A stretch of 64,000 bases of DNA from Vulcanimicrobiota bacterium. Its GTDB lineage: Bacteria > Vulcanimicrobiota > Vulcanimicrobiia > Eremiobacterales > Eremiobacteraceae. The notes under the pieces are model-generated. The model made no database searches, was not told the DNA's origin, and saw nothing but the letters and a program-made list of their open reading frames with translations. A program made the translations under genes and the position numbers. The DNA is taken from NCBI GenBank assembly GCA_963812135.1, contig CAWETU010000001.1:1824001-1888000 (forward strand), written 5' to 3'. Of this stretch, positions 20,986 through 30,384 are shown in pieces (position 1 is the first letter of the stretch; each line of letters opens with the position of its first letter).

Positions 20986-21011
20986 AGACGTCCCAGCGGT
21001 GACCGCACCTT

Positions 21012-21040
21012 ATACTACCCGAACCGCCGGACGTTCGCAA
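21012..21040 (-). promoter_or_regulatory. Sigma70-type promoter for the Thr-Arg-tuf operon
   Basis: TTGCGA-N17-TAGTAT. Confidence 0.6.
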
Positions 21041-21079
21041 GCGTGCGCGCTTTGCGTCACGGCCGGGCAGTTGCGACGC

Positions 21080-21256
21080 TTACCGCTTTGTGAATGAGTC
21101 TTGGACGCTGTGGACGCCCGATTCGACCGCCTGCTCGCCGCGCCAGAACAGGCCGATGATCCAGCGGATCGTCGCGATGACGCCGATGATCGCGAAAAGC
21201 ACCAGCAGCCCGAGGACCCACGCCGCCGCGTGCGCGATGTTCGTCAGAATGTCCAT
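21080..21256 (-). CDS. Small 58-aa membrane protein
   Basis: MDILTNIAHAAAWVLGLLVLFAIIGVIATIRWIIGLFW...; fills the intergenic gap. Confidence 0.7.
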   Translation of the reverse strand: MDILTNIAHAAAWVLGLLVLFAIIGVIATIRWIIGLFWRGEQAVESGVHSVQDSFTKR

Positions 21257-21270
21257 GGAACCACCCTGCG

Positions 21271-22221
21271 TTAGTGCGGCTGGATGACCGTGATGCCGCT
21301 CGAGAAGCTGCTGCCGCCGCCGCTGAAGCCCTGGTTTTGAAGTCCTGAGTTCGCATTGTTGTTGATGTTCGAACCGCTATTACCGCCGAAGCCACTGCCG
21401 CTGAAGCTACTGCGCGGAATCGTAGAGTTCGCGCCGCCGCCGATGCTTGAAAAACTGCCGTTCGCGGAGAAGTGGTTCCCTTCGCTAAACGCACCGATCG
21501 CGATGTGTCCGCTCTGGAATCCGGCAGTTTGGCTACTGAAGCCCCCCAGGGAGATGCCCGATAGGCTTCCGGGCGCAAAATACGTTCCAGCCGCGGCGTT
21601 CTGGTCCCCAAACCCCGTCACGATGTAACCACCGACGTTCGAGTGCATGGTGCCGAACTGGCTGCCCGTCGGGCTTGCGTAGTTCAATGCAGCCGCGCTT
21701 CGCGCCGTGCTGGTGCGCGTGACGGTGGAGCTGTAACCGCTTGGTGCCGACGCTTGCGTGACGGGCGGCGTCGACCCTTGCGTGACTGCCACGCGATAGG
21801 ATTGGACGTAGAGCGCTCGCTGGATCGCTGTGATGTCGTTGACCAGTCTGATCGAACGCGGATCGGCAGAGCACCCGAGGTTCGACGAGCGTTGTCCATT
21901 CCACCCGATGAGCAGCGCGTCGTCGCAGCCGCGCTCCGGGAGTTGGGCGAGCGGTCCTGCAGCGGCGAGGTCGGCGAACAACGTTTGGATGAGCGCGGTT
22001 TGCAACTGACCATCTGCATGGCCGGCGCCGTCAAGCGCCCAAGCTCGTCCGCTGGGCTCGACCACGATCAGGAATCCGGAGCGGTCACGCCCGCCAAGGT
22101 TCGATATCGTCACCGAACCTGGAGCCGGCTGCGTGCCTGCGTTGCCCGCGCCGATCAGGGCGAAGGGCAAGGCGGCTAACGCAATGGCAAATAGGGTCTT
22201 GGGAAATGTCATCATGCTCAC
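21271..22221 (-). CDS. Secreted hypothetical protein with G/S/N-rich tail; paralog of 29574-30155
   Basis: Signal peptide; shared DGAG, LFAD.....PL..LP and ALYV..YR motifs. Confidence 0.75.
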   Translation of the reverse strand: MSMMTFPKTLFAIALAALPFALIGAGNAGTQPAPGSVTISNLGGRDRSGFLIVVEPSGRAWALDGAGHADGQLQTALIQTLFADLAAAGPLAQLPERGCDDALLIGWNGQRSSNLGCSADPRSIRLVNDITAIQRALYVQSYRVAVTQGSTPPVTQASAPSGYSSTVTRTSTARSAAALNYASPTGSQFGTMHSNVGGYIVTGFGDQNAAAGTYFAPGSLSGISLGGFSSQTAGFQSGHIAIGAFSEGNHFSANGSFSSIGGGANSTIPRSSFSGSGFGGNSGSNINNNANSGLQNQGFSGGGSSFSSGITVIQPH

Positions 22222-22238
22222 CTGATGGCCCCTGGGGC

Positions 22239-22314
22239 TGGAGCGGGAGACGGGTCTCGAACCCGCAACATCCAGCTTGGAAGGCTAGCGCTCTACCAAT
22301 TGAGCTACTCCCGC
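22239..22314 (-). tRNA. tRNA-Gly(TCC)
   Basis: 76-nt cloverleaf, loop CTTCCAA, CCA end. Confidence 0.96.
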
Positions 22315-22364
22315 ACGTCTTCCTATGTTTGGGAGGTTGTCCCGCGCTTCCTATGTAGCACGTA

Positions 22365-22941
22365 CTATATGCAGACGTGCTCGTTGTCTTGCACTGAGAA
22401 CGCTCGCCACGCTGGAGCCTGCGTGCTGCCCGCGGGCCGCTCGAGGAGATAGATCAAGCGACCGCCTTCGCTCGGACCCGCATCCGCGACAGCGGCCGCG
22501 AACATTTGCGATTTTGCCGACTTCTGTTTCGAGTCGAATGGGACGTAGCGCACCGTCACCGGCTCCCCGCGCCACCACACCAACACCCCGCCGCCGTTGT
22601 CCGTGACGTAGAGCCGCACGGCGTCTTCGTCGATCACCGGATCTGCGCGTTCGCGCGGCGTCGCCGACGCCACTCTTCCGAGCGCGTCGACATCGACGTG
22701 AAGGTCGTCAGCCTTGACGAGGTGATCGTTGCGCACGGCATCGATGCCGGGCAATTTGAAGATGCGCGTCGCGTGGGGAGGTGCACCCAAGCAGAGGGAC
22801 TCGATCGAGTTGGGCGGCGGCAGCGCTGACCTTTCGCGGCAGCCGCCGAGCGCGACCAACAAGCGCGCAAAAAAGAACGGCCGAGCAGACCCGGCCGTTA
22901 CGAAGTTCTACCGCGTGACGATGTGTCGTCGGCGCGGACAT
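22365..22941 (-). CDS. Putative lipoprotein, +1 frameshift near 22861
   Basis: ATG 22941 just after the upstream stop; AVLFCAL joins LVALGGC lipobox after removing one base. Confidence 0.55.
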
Positions 22942-22947
22942 GGTGAG

Positions 22948-24528
22948 CTACTGCCCGCAGGTCGTGCCCGCGTCCGTCGAACAGAGCGCGATGATGTTGT
23001 ACTGCGTCGTCGTCGGCGTGAACGGCGGCGGCTTGGTCGCCAGACGCGAGTCGTAGACGCTGTCCGTGCTGAAGCCGCTGACCGTCGTGCCGAGGGTGCC
23101 GCGCTTGCCGCGCACGTTCTCGATCAGGCTGCCTTTGAGCGTCAGGACGCCGGTGCCTGGCGCGCAGGTGCCGACCGCGGGGCAAAGTATGTTATAGAAC
23201 GTGCCGTCGTTGCAGACCGCGCTGCATTCGCCATAGTAGCCGGTCAGTAGCAGACCGTCGACTTCGATGTTGCCGTTGGTGGAGTCATCCAGGATGATGT
23301 CATTGGCCCAAAACGCGAGTTCGTCGTTCACCGGGTCGGAATACTGCTGCCCGCCCAGGAACACGATGGACGGATGGGTTACCGAGTTGTCTGGCACCGC
23401 AAAGGTGTACAGACCGTGGAACTGGTCGCCGGCGGCGAACTGCATTCCGCCGGTGGCATAAATCGCACCGTTCGCGCCGGTGACGCTCGGCGGCTGCTCG
23501 CCGCTCGGAATACCGCTGTACGATGCGATGGGTGTGAATAACGGAGGCCCGCTGTTCACGCGGGTTGTGCCACCTGCAACATCGATGACCACGTCATACT
23601 GGATAGTCGGACCACCGTTGGTTATTTCGAGCTGCAGCGTCTCAACGTTACCCACGACGGTCGACGTGATCCCCGCCCAGCCTTTGATGAAAAGTCCGCT
23701 GTTCACCGGGCCGCCGCCGCCAGCAACGGGGTTGCCGTTGATGTAGAGACCAGCCGCCCCTGGGATCACACCCGCGATCGTCGGATTCCCGGTCAACGAA
23801 GCGTTGAGCACCGCGTTGTTGTCCGTTGCCGTCGGCAGCTGCAGCGGCTGGCTCACCTGGTGAAAATTCGCCTGGTCGGTGATGATGGCGGACCAGTCAG
23901 CCGCCGTCGAAGGCGCCGCCGGGATCCAGTTCGGGGCGTTCGCGGTCCACACTTCGTTCGTGAAGATAGCGGGCTGCGCGTCCGTGTAGAAGATGTTCAT
24001 CGGTCCGCCGCTGTACACGGGCCCGTCGAACGACTCGCCGTTCGTGTACACGACCGCGGCGCCGTGGTTGTTCACCTCGCTGATCGTGAAGTAGTTGAAC
24101 GCTGAGAACGGCATCTTTTGGATCAACGCGTCGACGCTGCGCGTGCTCGCGCCGGTGGTGGCGGTCGCATGCAGCATGTAGTAAGGAAGCACGGATGTCG
24201 TCCAGCGATACGCGTCCACGCTCACCGTGTAGTTCGTGACCGTGCCGTCGTCATCGTTGAGCGCGCCGACGATTGGTGCGGGCACGACGCCGGGGGCGGC
24301 GCCGGCATCGTTGAACTCGATCTGGTACTGCATCTGCTCGATCGCGTAGTAGTCCGCCCGCAGCGCCGCGTTGCTGTGGCCGTGCATACCGGTGATGTTG
24401 ACCTCTTTGGCGAGGTTTTCCATCAGCACACCGATCAGGATCAGGAACACGGTGATCATCATCAAGGTGGCGATGAGCGCTATACCTCGCTGGCCGCCGA
24501 TCCTCATCTCACGGGACTGCTTTGTCAT
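22948..24528 (-). CDS. PilX-like minor pilin/adhesin, copy 2
   Basis: QRG|IALIATLMM prepilin-type leader lacking E5; Cys-rich C-terminus. Confidence 0.78.
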   Translation of the reverse strand: MTKQSREMRIGGQRGIALIATLMMITVFLILIGVLMENLAKEVNITGMHGHSNAALRADYYAIEQMQYQIEFNDAGAAPGVVPAPIVGALNDDDGTVTNYTVSVDAYRWTTSVLPYYMLHATATTGASTRSVDALIQKMPFSAFNYFTISEVNNHGAAVVYTNGESFDGPVYSGGPMNIFYTDAQPAIFTNEVWTANAPNWIPAAPSTAADWSAIITDQANFHQVSQPLQLPTATDNNAVLNASLTGNPTIAGVIPGAAGLYINGNPVAGGGGPVNSGLFIKGWAGITSTVVGNVETLQLEITNGGPTIQYDVVIDVAGGTTRVNSGPPLFTPIASYSGIPSGEQPPSVTGANGAIYATGGMQFAAGDQFHGLYTFAVPDNSVTHPSIVFLGGQQYSDPVNDELAFWANDIILDDSTNGNIEVDGLLLTGYYGECSAVCNDGTFYNILCPAVGTCAPGTGVLTLKGSLIENVRGKRGTLGTTVSGFSTDSVYDSRLATKPPPFTPTTTQYNIIALCSTDAGTTCGQ

Positions 24529-24537
24529 TGACGGCTC

Positions 24538-25200
24538 CTATCGCATCATGTGGACGTTGTCGACCAGCGTGTACGGCTGTTCCGCATTCACGCCGCTTGC
24601 AGGGTTGATCACGTTGTTGACCGTGATCGACATCCGGTATTCGTACTTGTCGCCTTGGATCTGTTGCAACTGGAAGTCGGTCACGTTGCTCGCGAGCAAT
24701 GTCGTCGTCGCGCACGGTCCAGCCGCCTGATAGGCTGCGACCGACTGGACGCACTCGCTGACCTGTTTGGCGATCGGGTCATACGATATGGTGTGGACGT
24801 TGTAGTTGGGTACCGGGTTGCCGGCCCCCCCGACATTTAACGACGCGGGCGGCGCAAGGGATTGCACGCGATAGAACGAGATCGCGGTCGCTATCCCAGG
24901 CGGCGTGGGGAACGCGTCGATGCCGATGACCGCCGGCGCAGGCGTACCGGTGCCGGGCGGCGTCGGCGTGAGGTCCGCCGGATTCACGTCCTCGGAGGCC
25001 TGGCTGAGCGAGCCGTTGATATTGGCGATCGCGATGCGGGCGAGTTGTTCGTTCGACATGTTCTCTTGCGTCAGCGTGTTGTGCGTGAACGCCTGCTTGA
25101 AGAGCGCCGTCGCGAAACCGAGGACGAGCAGCAGGATGGTGAACGAGATCACCAACTCGATGAGCGTCATGCCGCGCTGTCTGGTCACGCAAGTCTCCAT
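24538..25200 (-). CDS. PilW/PulJ-like minor pilin, copy 2
   Basis: QRG|MTLIEL class III signal. Confidence 0.82.
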   Translation of the reverse strand: METCVTRQRGMTLIELVISFTILLLVLGFATALFKQAFTHNTLTQENMSNEQLARIAIANINGSLSQASEDVNPADLTPTPPGTGTPAPAVIGIDAFPTPPGIATAISFYRVQSLAPPASLNVGGAGNPVPNYNVHTISYDPIAKQVSECVQSVAAYQAAGPCATTTLLASNVTDFQLQQIQGDKYEYRMSITVNNVINPASGVNAEQPYTLVDNVHMMR

Positions 25201-25201
25201 A

Positions 25202-26017
25202 TCAGATCGGGATCGGGGTCGCCGTCGGGACCGGCGTCGGTGTAGGCGTCGGCGTCGGGACCGGGGTCGGCGTCGGGACCGGCGTCGCGGTTGGCGTCGC
25301 TGTCGGTACCGGCGTCGCCGTTGGCGTTGGGGTCGGACTCGGCGTCGCCGTCGGGACCGGCGTCGGCGTCGGGACCGGCGTCGCTGTCGGAACCGGCGTC
25401 GCGGTTGGCGTCGCTGTCGGCGCAGGCGTCGGGGTCGGCACCGGCGTGGGCGTGGGCGGTGGCGGCGTCGGCGTCGGGACCGGTGTGGGCGGCGGCGTCG
25501 GCGAAGGCGGCGGCGTCGCGGAGTAATTCACGGGCGGCGTCTGGTGCGTGAACGCATGCAGCTCATACGTGTCGATCTTGCCGCCGACCGTGCTTTGCAC
25601 CCATACGGTGAGCTGAGCGCTGTCGCCCGTCGGGCCAGGGTCGGTCATGAACCATTGATATTGAATATTCGCGATCTGCGACGGCGCGAGGTTGCACACC
25701 GGCGGGGTGTGCCATGTGCCGCCGGGCGGGCCAGAATCGTTGACTTGCGTCATCGCGTTGTTGCACGGATCCTTTGGAATGTCATTGGTCTTTGCAAACC
25801 ACAAGTTAGGATCGCCGTGCATCAGCGCCAGCAGATAGTTCGCAGAGGTGATGTCGACCGAACGTTGCGACGACTTGCTCTGCGCCCACGAGCTGGCGAT
25901 CATCTGCTCGGCGACGAAAATGAAGACGAGGACCAGCAGCACGAGCGCCACTAGGACCTCTATCATGGTCATTCCGCGAGCTTTGACACCAAACGACTGT
26001 GGGCGATTACGAGGCAT
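25202..26017 (-). CDS. PilV-like minor pilin with long Pro/Thr tail, copy 2
   Basis: ARG|MTMIEV signal; about 100-aa (PT/AT/VP) tail. Confidence 0.82.
   Translation of the reverse strand: MPRNRPQSFGVKARGMTMIEVLVALVLLVLVFIFVAEQMIASSWAQSKSSQRSVDITSANYLLALMHGDPNLWFAKTNDIPKDPCNNAMTQVNDSGPPGGTWHTPPVCNLAPSQIANIQYQWFMTDPGPTGDSAQLTVWVQSTVGGKIDTYELHAFTHQTPPVNYSATPPPSPTPPPTPVPTPTPPPPTPTPVPTPTPAPTATPTATPVPTATPVPTPTPVPTATPSPTPTPTATPVPTATPTATPVPTPTPVPTPTPTPTPVPTATPIPI
25205..25520. repeat. Coding tandem repeats (Pro/Thr tail)
   Basis: Reiterated gtcggc / accggcgtc units. Confidence 0.85.
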
Positions 26018-26062
26018 GTATGTCCCGTCCGATCAGTCTTATGACTAATTGGTCCCCCGGTA

Positions 26063-26151
26063 TGTGACATGTCTCACACCCCGAGTGGCGTTTTCCCTTC
26101 GGAGTCCCTAGATATGGGACTGCGCAAGCGAAAGGTGTGACGCCCGTCACA
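26063..26151. promoter_or_regulatory. Two CRP/FNR-family-type sites
   Basis: TGTGA-N6-TCACA exact at 26063-26078 and 26136-26151. Confidence 0.7.
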
Positions 26152-26255
26152 CGCCGTGTTTCCGGGGGCACGTGCGGGCGCTAGCTTGCTCGATCGGATC
26201 GGACGAGGGGGTCGGCTGGCCGACCGCATCGGGGGCGGACCGTTTGACCCACAAG

Positions 26256-26286
26256 AAAGCGCCCCCGCATCATGCGGGGGCGCTTT
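26256..26286 (-). terminator. Intrinsic terminator after PilX-like copy 1
   Basis: aaagcgcccccgcat-c-atgcgggggcgcttt. Confidence 0.75.
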
Positions 26287-26313
26287 GTCGCTGTGGGTGA
26301 GGCTGCTGCGCTT

Positions 26314-27921
26314 CTACTGCCCGCAGTTCTTGCCGGTATCGTCTTCCGTGCACAACGCGAGGATGACGTACTGCGTGGTCGTCGGCGTGTACGGCGGCGG
26401 CTTTGTCGCCAAGCGCGGATCGTAGACGCCGTTGGTCTCAAAGCCGGAGACGGTCGAACCGAGCGTGCCGCGCTTGCCGCGCACGTTCTCGATCAGACTG
26501 CCGCGCATCGTTAGGATTCCGGTGCCGCTACCGACCGGCGCGGTGCCGCAGCTCGGCGCAGCCGAGCAATATTTGTTGTTGAACGTGCCGTCGTTGCAGA
26601 CCGCGCTGCACTCGCCGTAGTAGCCGGTGAACATCGCGCCGTCTATCTCGATGTTGCCATTCGTTTGGTCGTTGAGGACAATGTCGTTCGCCCAAAATGC
26701 CAGTTCGTCAGTCGAGTTCAGCGACGTGTCCGCGTACGTGACGCTGCCCTTCATCGTGATCGTGGGATTCGGCAAGCCGTTGCCGTCAGGCACGCCAAGC
26801 GTGTATTGGCCGCGGAACGACGAGCCGGCGTTGATCGTCATCGCGCCCGTCGAGAAGATCGCGCCGTTGGGGCCGACAACTCCGGGCGCCTGTTGGCCGC
26901 TCGGCGTGCCCGTGTAGCTCGCCACGGTCGTCACGCCTTTTTTGACGACCGTCGTATTCGTATTGAAGTTGATGTTGACGGTGTATGTCGCTGCGGTCGT
27001 CGTCACCGTCAGCGTCTCGGTGTTGAGCACGGAGTTCCCGACAGACGTGATCGTCGACGTTCCCGCGATGAAGAGCCCGGTCTTGAGCGGACCGCCGCCA
27101 CCACCGGTGACGTTGGCGCCATTGATGTAGAGTCCGCCCACACCTGGAATCACCGGCAGCGGCGAAGGGGCGGGGTTACCGGTCAGGGCGGCATATTCGA
27201 CCGCCGAATTATCATTGGTCGTCGGCAGCGTCAACGGCGACGTCACGGTGTGCCAGTTGCCCTGATTGGCGATGACCGCCGCCCAGTCCGTGCCGTTGGC
27301 GGGGGCGCCGGGCACCCACGTCGTCACGCCCGCGGTGATCACCTCATCGTTGAAGATCGGCGGTTGGCCATCGGTGTAGGCCACGCGCATCGGGCCGCCG
27401 CTATAGACGGGACCGTTGAACGTCTCGCCGCTCGCATAGAACACCGCGCCGCCGACGTTGGTGAATTCGCTGATGGTGAACATGTTGAACGCGGAGAAGG
27501 GCTGCTTTTCGATCAGCGCGTCTACGTTGCGCTGGGATCCGCCCGCCGTACCCGTCGAGTGGATGATGTAGTACGGAAGCACGCTGGTCCATTTCTTAGG
27601 GTCGACAGTGACGCTGAACTGGACGTTCTTGCCGTCGTCGTCGGTATACGACTTGAGCTGCGGCGCCGGCGTCGAACCGGGCGCCGCGCCTGCATCGTTG
27701 ATCTCGAACTGGTACACCATTTCGTCGACGCCTGCGTACGCCGCTCGCTGGGCCTCGTTGCTCGTGCCGTGCAGACCCGTCAGCTTAAGCTCCGAGATCA
27801 CGTTGGTCATCAGGGCGCCGATCAAGATCAGGAACACCGCCGTCATGAGGAGGACGGTGATAAGTGCGAGGCCGCGACGCGGTCTGCGGCTTGATCGTTG
27901 GGCGAGCGTACGCATGTTCAT
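26314..27921 (-). CDS. PilX-like minor pilin/adhesin, copy 1
   Basis: RRG|LALITVLLM; clear paralog of 22948-24528. Confidence 0.78.
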   Translation of the reverse strand: MNMRTLAQRSSRRPRRGLALITVLLMTAVFLILIGALMTNVISELKLTGLHGTSNEAQRAAYAGVDEMVYQFEINDAGAAPGSTPAPQLKSYTDDDGKNVQFSVTVDPKKWTSVLPYYIIHSTGTAGGSQRNVDALIEKQPFSAFNMFTISEFTNVGGAVFYASGETFNGPVYSGGPMRVAYTDGQPPIFNDEVITAGVTTWVPGAPANGTDWAAVIANQGNWHTVTSPLTLPTTNDNSAVEYAALTGNPAPSPLPVIPGVGGLYINGANVTGGGGGPLKTGLFIAGTSTITSVGNSVLNTETLTVTTTAATYTVNINFNTNTTVVKKGVTTVASYTGTPSGQQAPGVVGPNGAIFSTGAMTINAGSSFRGQYTLGVPDGNGLPNPTITMKGSVTYADTSLNSTDELAFWANDIVLNDQTNGNIEIDGAMFTGYYGECSAVCNDGTFNNKYCSAAPSCGTAPVGSGTGILTMRGSLIENVRGKRGTLGSTVSGFETNGVYDPRLATKPPPYTPTTTQYVILALCTEDDTGKNCGQ

Positions 27922-27928
27922 TTTTCTC

Positions 27929-28555
27929 CTAGTTCATTATGGTGACGTCGTCGTTGAGCGTAAACGGCGATTCAGGCTTTGTCGGATTGAGGATATTGTT
28001 GATGCTGATCGTGATCTGATATTCGTTCGTGTTGCCATTGACTTGCATCACGCCGAAGTTGGTGACGTTCGTGGCCAGCACGACTGGCGCGGGCGATGGC
28101 TGGCCGGCTTTGTACACCGTCTGATAGTCCATCGTGTACTCATTGAGATTGACGCCGTCCCACGAAATGATGTGCACGTCGTAGCCTGGATTGGGCGCAT
28201 TCGTCACCCCGGTCGGGATGCTTGCGGGATCCAGCGTCTTGACGCGGTAGAAGACAATCGCCGGAGCGGAGGTCGTCTTCGGCACCGGCACCAGAACCGC
28301 GGGCGAGGGGGTCCCGCCGGACGCATCGACGCTATTGGCGTCGACCGACGCTTGGCTAAGGGACGAGTTTACCCGTGCCATCGCGACCCGCGTGAGTTGT
28401 TCGTTTGTCATTTTCTCTTCAGTCAGCGTGCTGTGCGTGAACGCTTGTCGGAAGAGAACCGTTGAGAGGCTCAGCACGAGCAGCATCACCCCAAAGGAGA
28501 TCAGCAGCTCGACGATCGTCATGCCCCGTTGGGCTCTTGCGCGCATATTCGTCAT
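27929..28555 (-). CDS. PilW/PulJ-like minor pilin, copy 1
   Basis: QRG|MTIVEL. Confidence 0.82.
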   Translation of the reverse strand: MTNMRARAQRGMTIVELLISFGVMLLVLSLSTVLFRQAFTHSTLTEEKMTNEQLTRVAMARVNSSLSQASVDANSVDASGGTPSPAVLVPVPKTTSAPAIVFYRVKTLDPASIPTGVTNAPNPGYDVHIISWDGVNLNEYTMDYQTVYKAGQPSPAPVVLATNVTNFGVMQVNGNTNEYQITISINNILNPTKPESPFTLNDDVTIMN

Positions 28556-28557
28556 CC

Positions 28558-29313
28558 TCAAATCGGCAGCGGCGTGGCCGTCGGCTTCGGTGTCGGCGTC
28601 GGCACCGGCGTCGCGGTCGGCTTAGCAGTCGGTGACGGCGTCGCGGTCGGTACCGGCGTCGGCGTCTTCACCGGCGTGGCCGTCGGCTTCGGCGTGGCGG
28701 TCGGCACAGGCGTCGCGGTCGGTACGGGCGTTGCCGTCGGTTTCGGCGTCGCGGTCGGCTTCGGCGTCGGCGTCGGCGACGGGGTCGCCGTCGGCGTCGC
28801 GGTCGGCGATGGCGGCGGCGTTGCCAGCGTCAGCTGCGTGGGGATCGAATGCGTATAGCCGCGCATCTCATACTGGTCTGTCATGTTGCCGATCGTGCTG
28901 CGTACCCAAACGGTCAGCTCGGCGCTTTGCTGGAACGGCACGGTCTCGGCCCATTGGTACTGGACTTGGGCGAGTTCGGCCGGAGCGAGGTTACAGGCGG
29001 GCGGCGTGTGCCAGGTCCCACCAGCCTTCGGCCCAAGATCGGTGACCGGCGTCAGCGAGTTGCCGCACGGATCTTTAGGCGTGTCCGGATAGGCGCCCCA
29101 CAGCTGCCCATCGCCGTACATGACGCCCATGAAATAGTTGGCTGCGGAGATATCCATCGAGCGCTGCGAAGATTTGCTCGTCGCCCACGAGGACGCCACC
29201 ATGTTCTGACCGACGAAGATGAAGATCAGCACAAGCAGCACCATGGCCACCATGACCTCAATGAGAGACATGCCTCGTGCCTTCTTGTTGGTCGAACCGC
29301 TCACGTCACCCAT
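28558..29313 (-). CDS. PilV-like minor pilin with Pro/Thr/Lys tail, copy 1
   Basis: ARG|MSLIEV; ([12 protein letters not shown])n tail. Confidence 0.82.
   Translation of the reverse strand: MGDVSGSTNKKARGMSLIEVMVAMVLLVLIFIFVGQNMVASSWATSKSSQRSMDISAANYFMGVMYGDGQLWGAYPDTPKDPCGNSLTPVTDLGPKAGGTWHTPPACNLAPAELAQVQYQWAETVPFQQSAELTVWVRSTIGNMTDQYEMRGYTHSIPTQLTLATPPPSPTATPTATPSPTPTPKPTATPKPTATPVPTATPVPTATPKPTATPVKTPTPVPTATPSPTAKPTATPVPTPTPKPTATPLPI
28562..28820. repeat. Coding tandem repeats (Pro/Thr tail)
   Basis: 18-bp-period PTATP(K/V) units. Confidence 0.85.
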
Positions 29314-29487
29314 CGTAACTTCCTTTTTTCTCTGCACAAACGTCGAGTAGGTCCCAACCATCCATGGCTGGACGCGTATCCCCCTATGCATTCAATCGGG
29401 TCTCTCTTCTACTAAGACGTATCATGTACTGCGACTCGTCGCTCACACCACAGTAGGTGTGATGCGCAACACTGCGCGCGAAAAGTC

Positions 29488-29512
29488 GCAGCCGCGTCGA
29501 TGACGCGGCTGC
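29488..29512 (-). terminator. Hairpin terminator
   Basis: gcagccgcgtc-gat-gacgcggctgc followed by gactttt on the minus strand. Confidence 0.6.
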
Positions 29513-29573
29513 AATCAAACGTGTGAGTGTGATAACTCGTCACATGTGACGCGTGACCCAATGTCACATGCGA

Positions 29574-30155
29574 CTAGTACCCGCCATAACCGCCAGGAAC
29601 CGGCACCGGCATGGGCGCCGGCGCGGGCATCGACGGAATCGCCGGCCCTGCTGCGGGTCCTGAGGAAGTCGCCGGCTGGCTGCCACCTGCACCTGAATGA
29701 AGCGTTATCGAGCGGCTCCGATAGTTGGCGACATACAGCGCGCGGGCCACGGCTTGGGCGTCGGCATAGAGCGCTGCGGCTTTCGGATCGTTGGCGCATG
29801 TCACGTCAGGCGTGGTCTCGCCGCGATAACTGACGAGCAACGGGGTCGGAGCCTTTAGCGTCGGAGCGCAAGCGAGCGCGGGCAGCTTCGAGAGCGGCAT
29901 CGCGGCCGAGACGTCGGCGAACAACGCGCTTACGACGGAAGGTGGCAACGCGCGCTGGGCGCGACCCGCGCCGTCCACGGCGGTCGCGTCGCCGCTCGGC
30001 GCCACGACGATCCGATAGCCGATGAGGTCGCCGGTGGGCGGGCTGACGATGACCACGCCGCCGGCCGGCACCGGCAGCGGCGGCAGCCCGGCATCGCCGA
30101 GCGCGACGGAGGGGAGTGCCGCAATCGCGAGTGCGGCGATGAATAGCTTACGCAT
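29574..30155 (-). CDS. Secreted hypothetical protein; paralog of 21271-22221
   Basis: Signal peptide, shared motifs, two Cys. Confidence 0.75.
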   Translation of the reverse strand: MRKLFIAALAIAALPSVALGDAGLPPLPVPAGGVVIVSPPTGDLIGYRIVVAPSGDATAVDGAGRAQRALPPSVVSALFADVSAAMPLSKLPALACAPTLKAPTPLLVSYRGETTPDVTCANDPKAAALYADAQAVARALYVANYRSRSITLHSGAGGSQPATSSGPAAGPAIPSMPAPAPMPVPVPGGYGGY

Positions 30156-30233
30156 CGAAATCACCTCAACCAGAGGCCGTCGGCGTGCGCCCCTCTTCCT
30201 TATATATAGAGCGGCTGAAATTATCCGGTAGAT

Positions 30234-30317
30234 TGGGCAGGGTAGGATTCGAACCTACGTAGCGCTGAGCGCGGCAGATTTACAGTCTGCTACCATTAAC
30301 CACTCGGTCACCTGCCC
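30234..30317 (-). tRNA. tRNA-Tyr(GTA)
   Basis: Cloverleaf with long variable arm, loop CTGTAAA. Confidence 0.96.
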
Positions 30318-30384
30318 GGAGGTCGCATCCCTTTGACGATTTGGGTTTGACCGCCTGGCATTTTTCGGCGAACAGAAGGCGACC

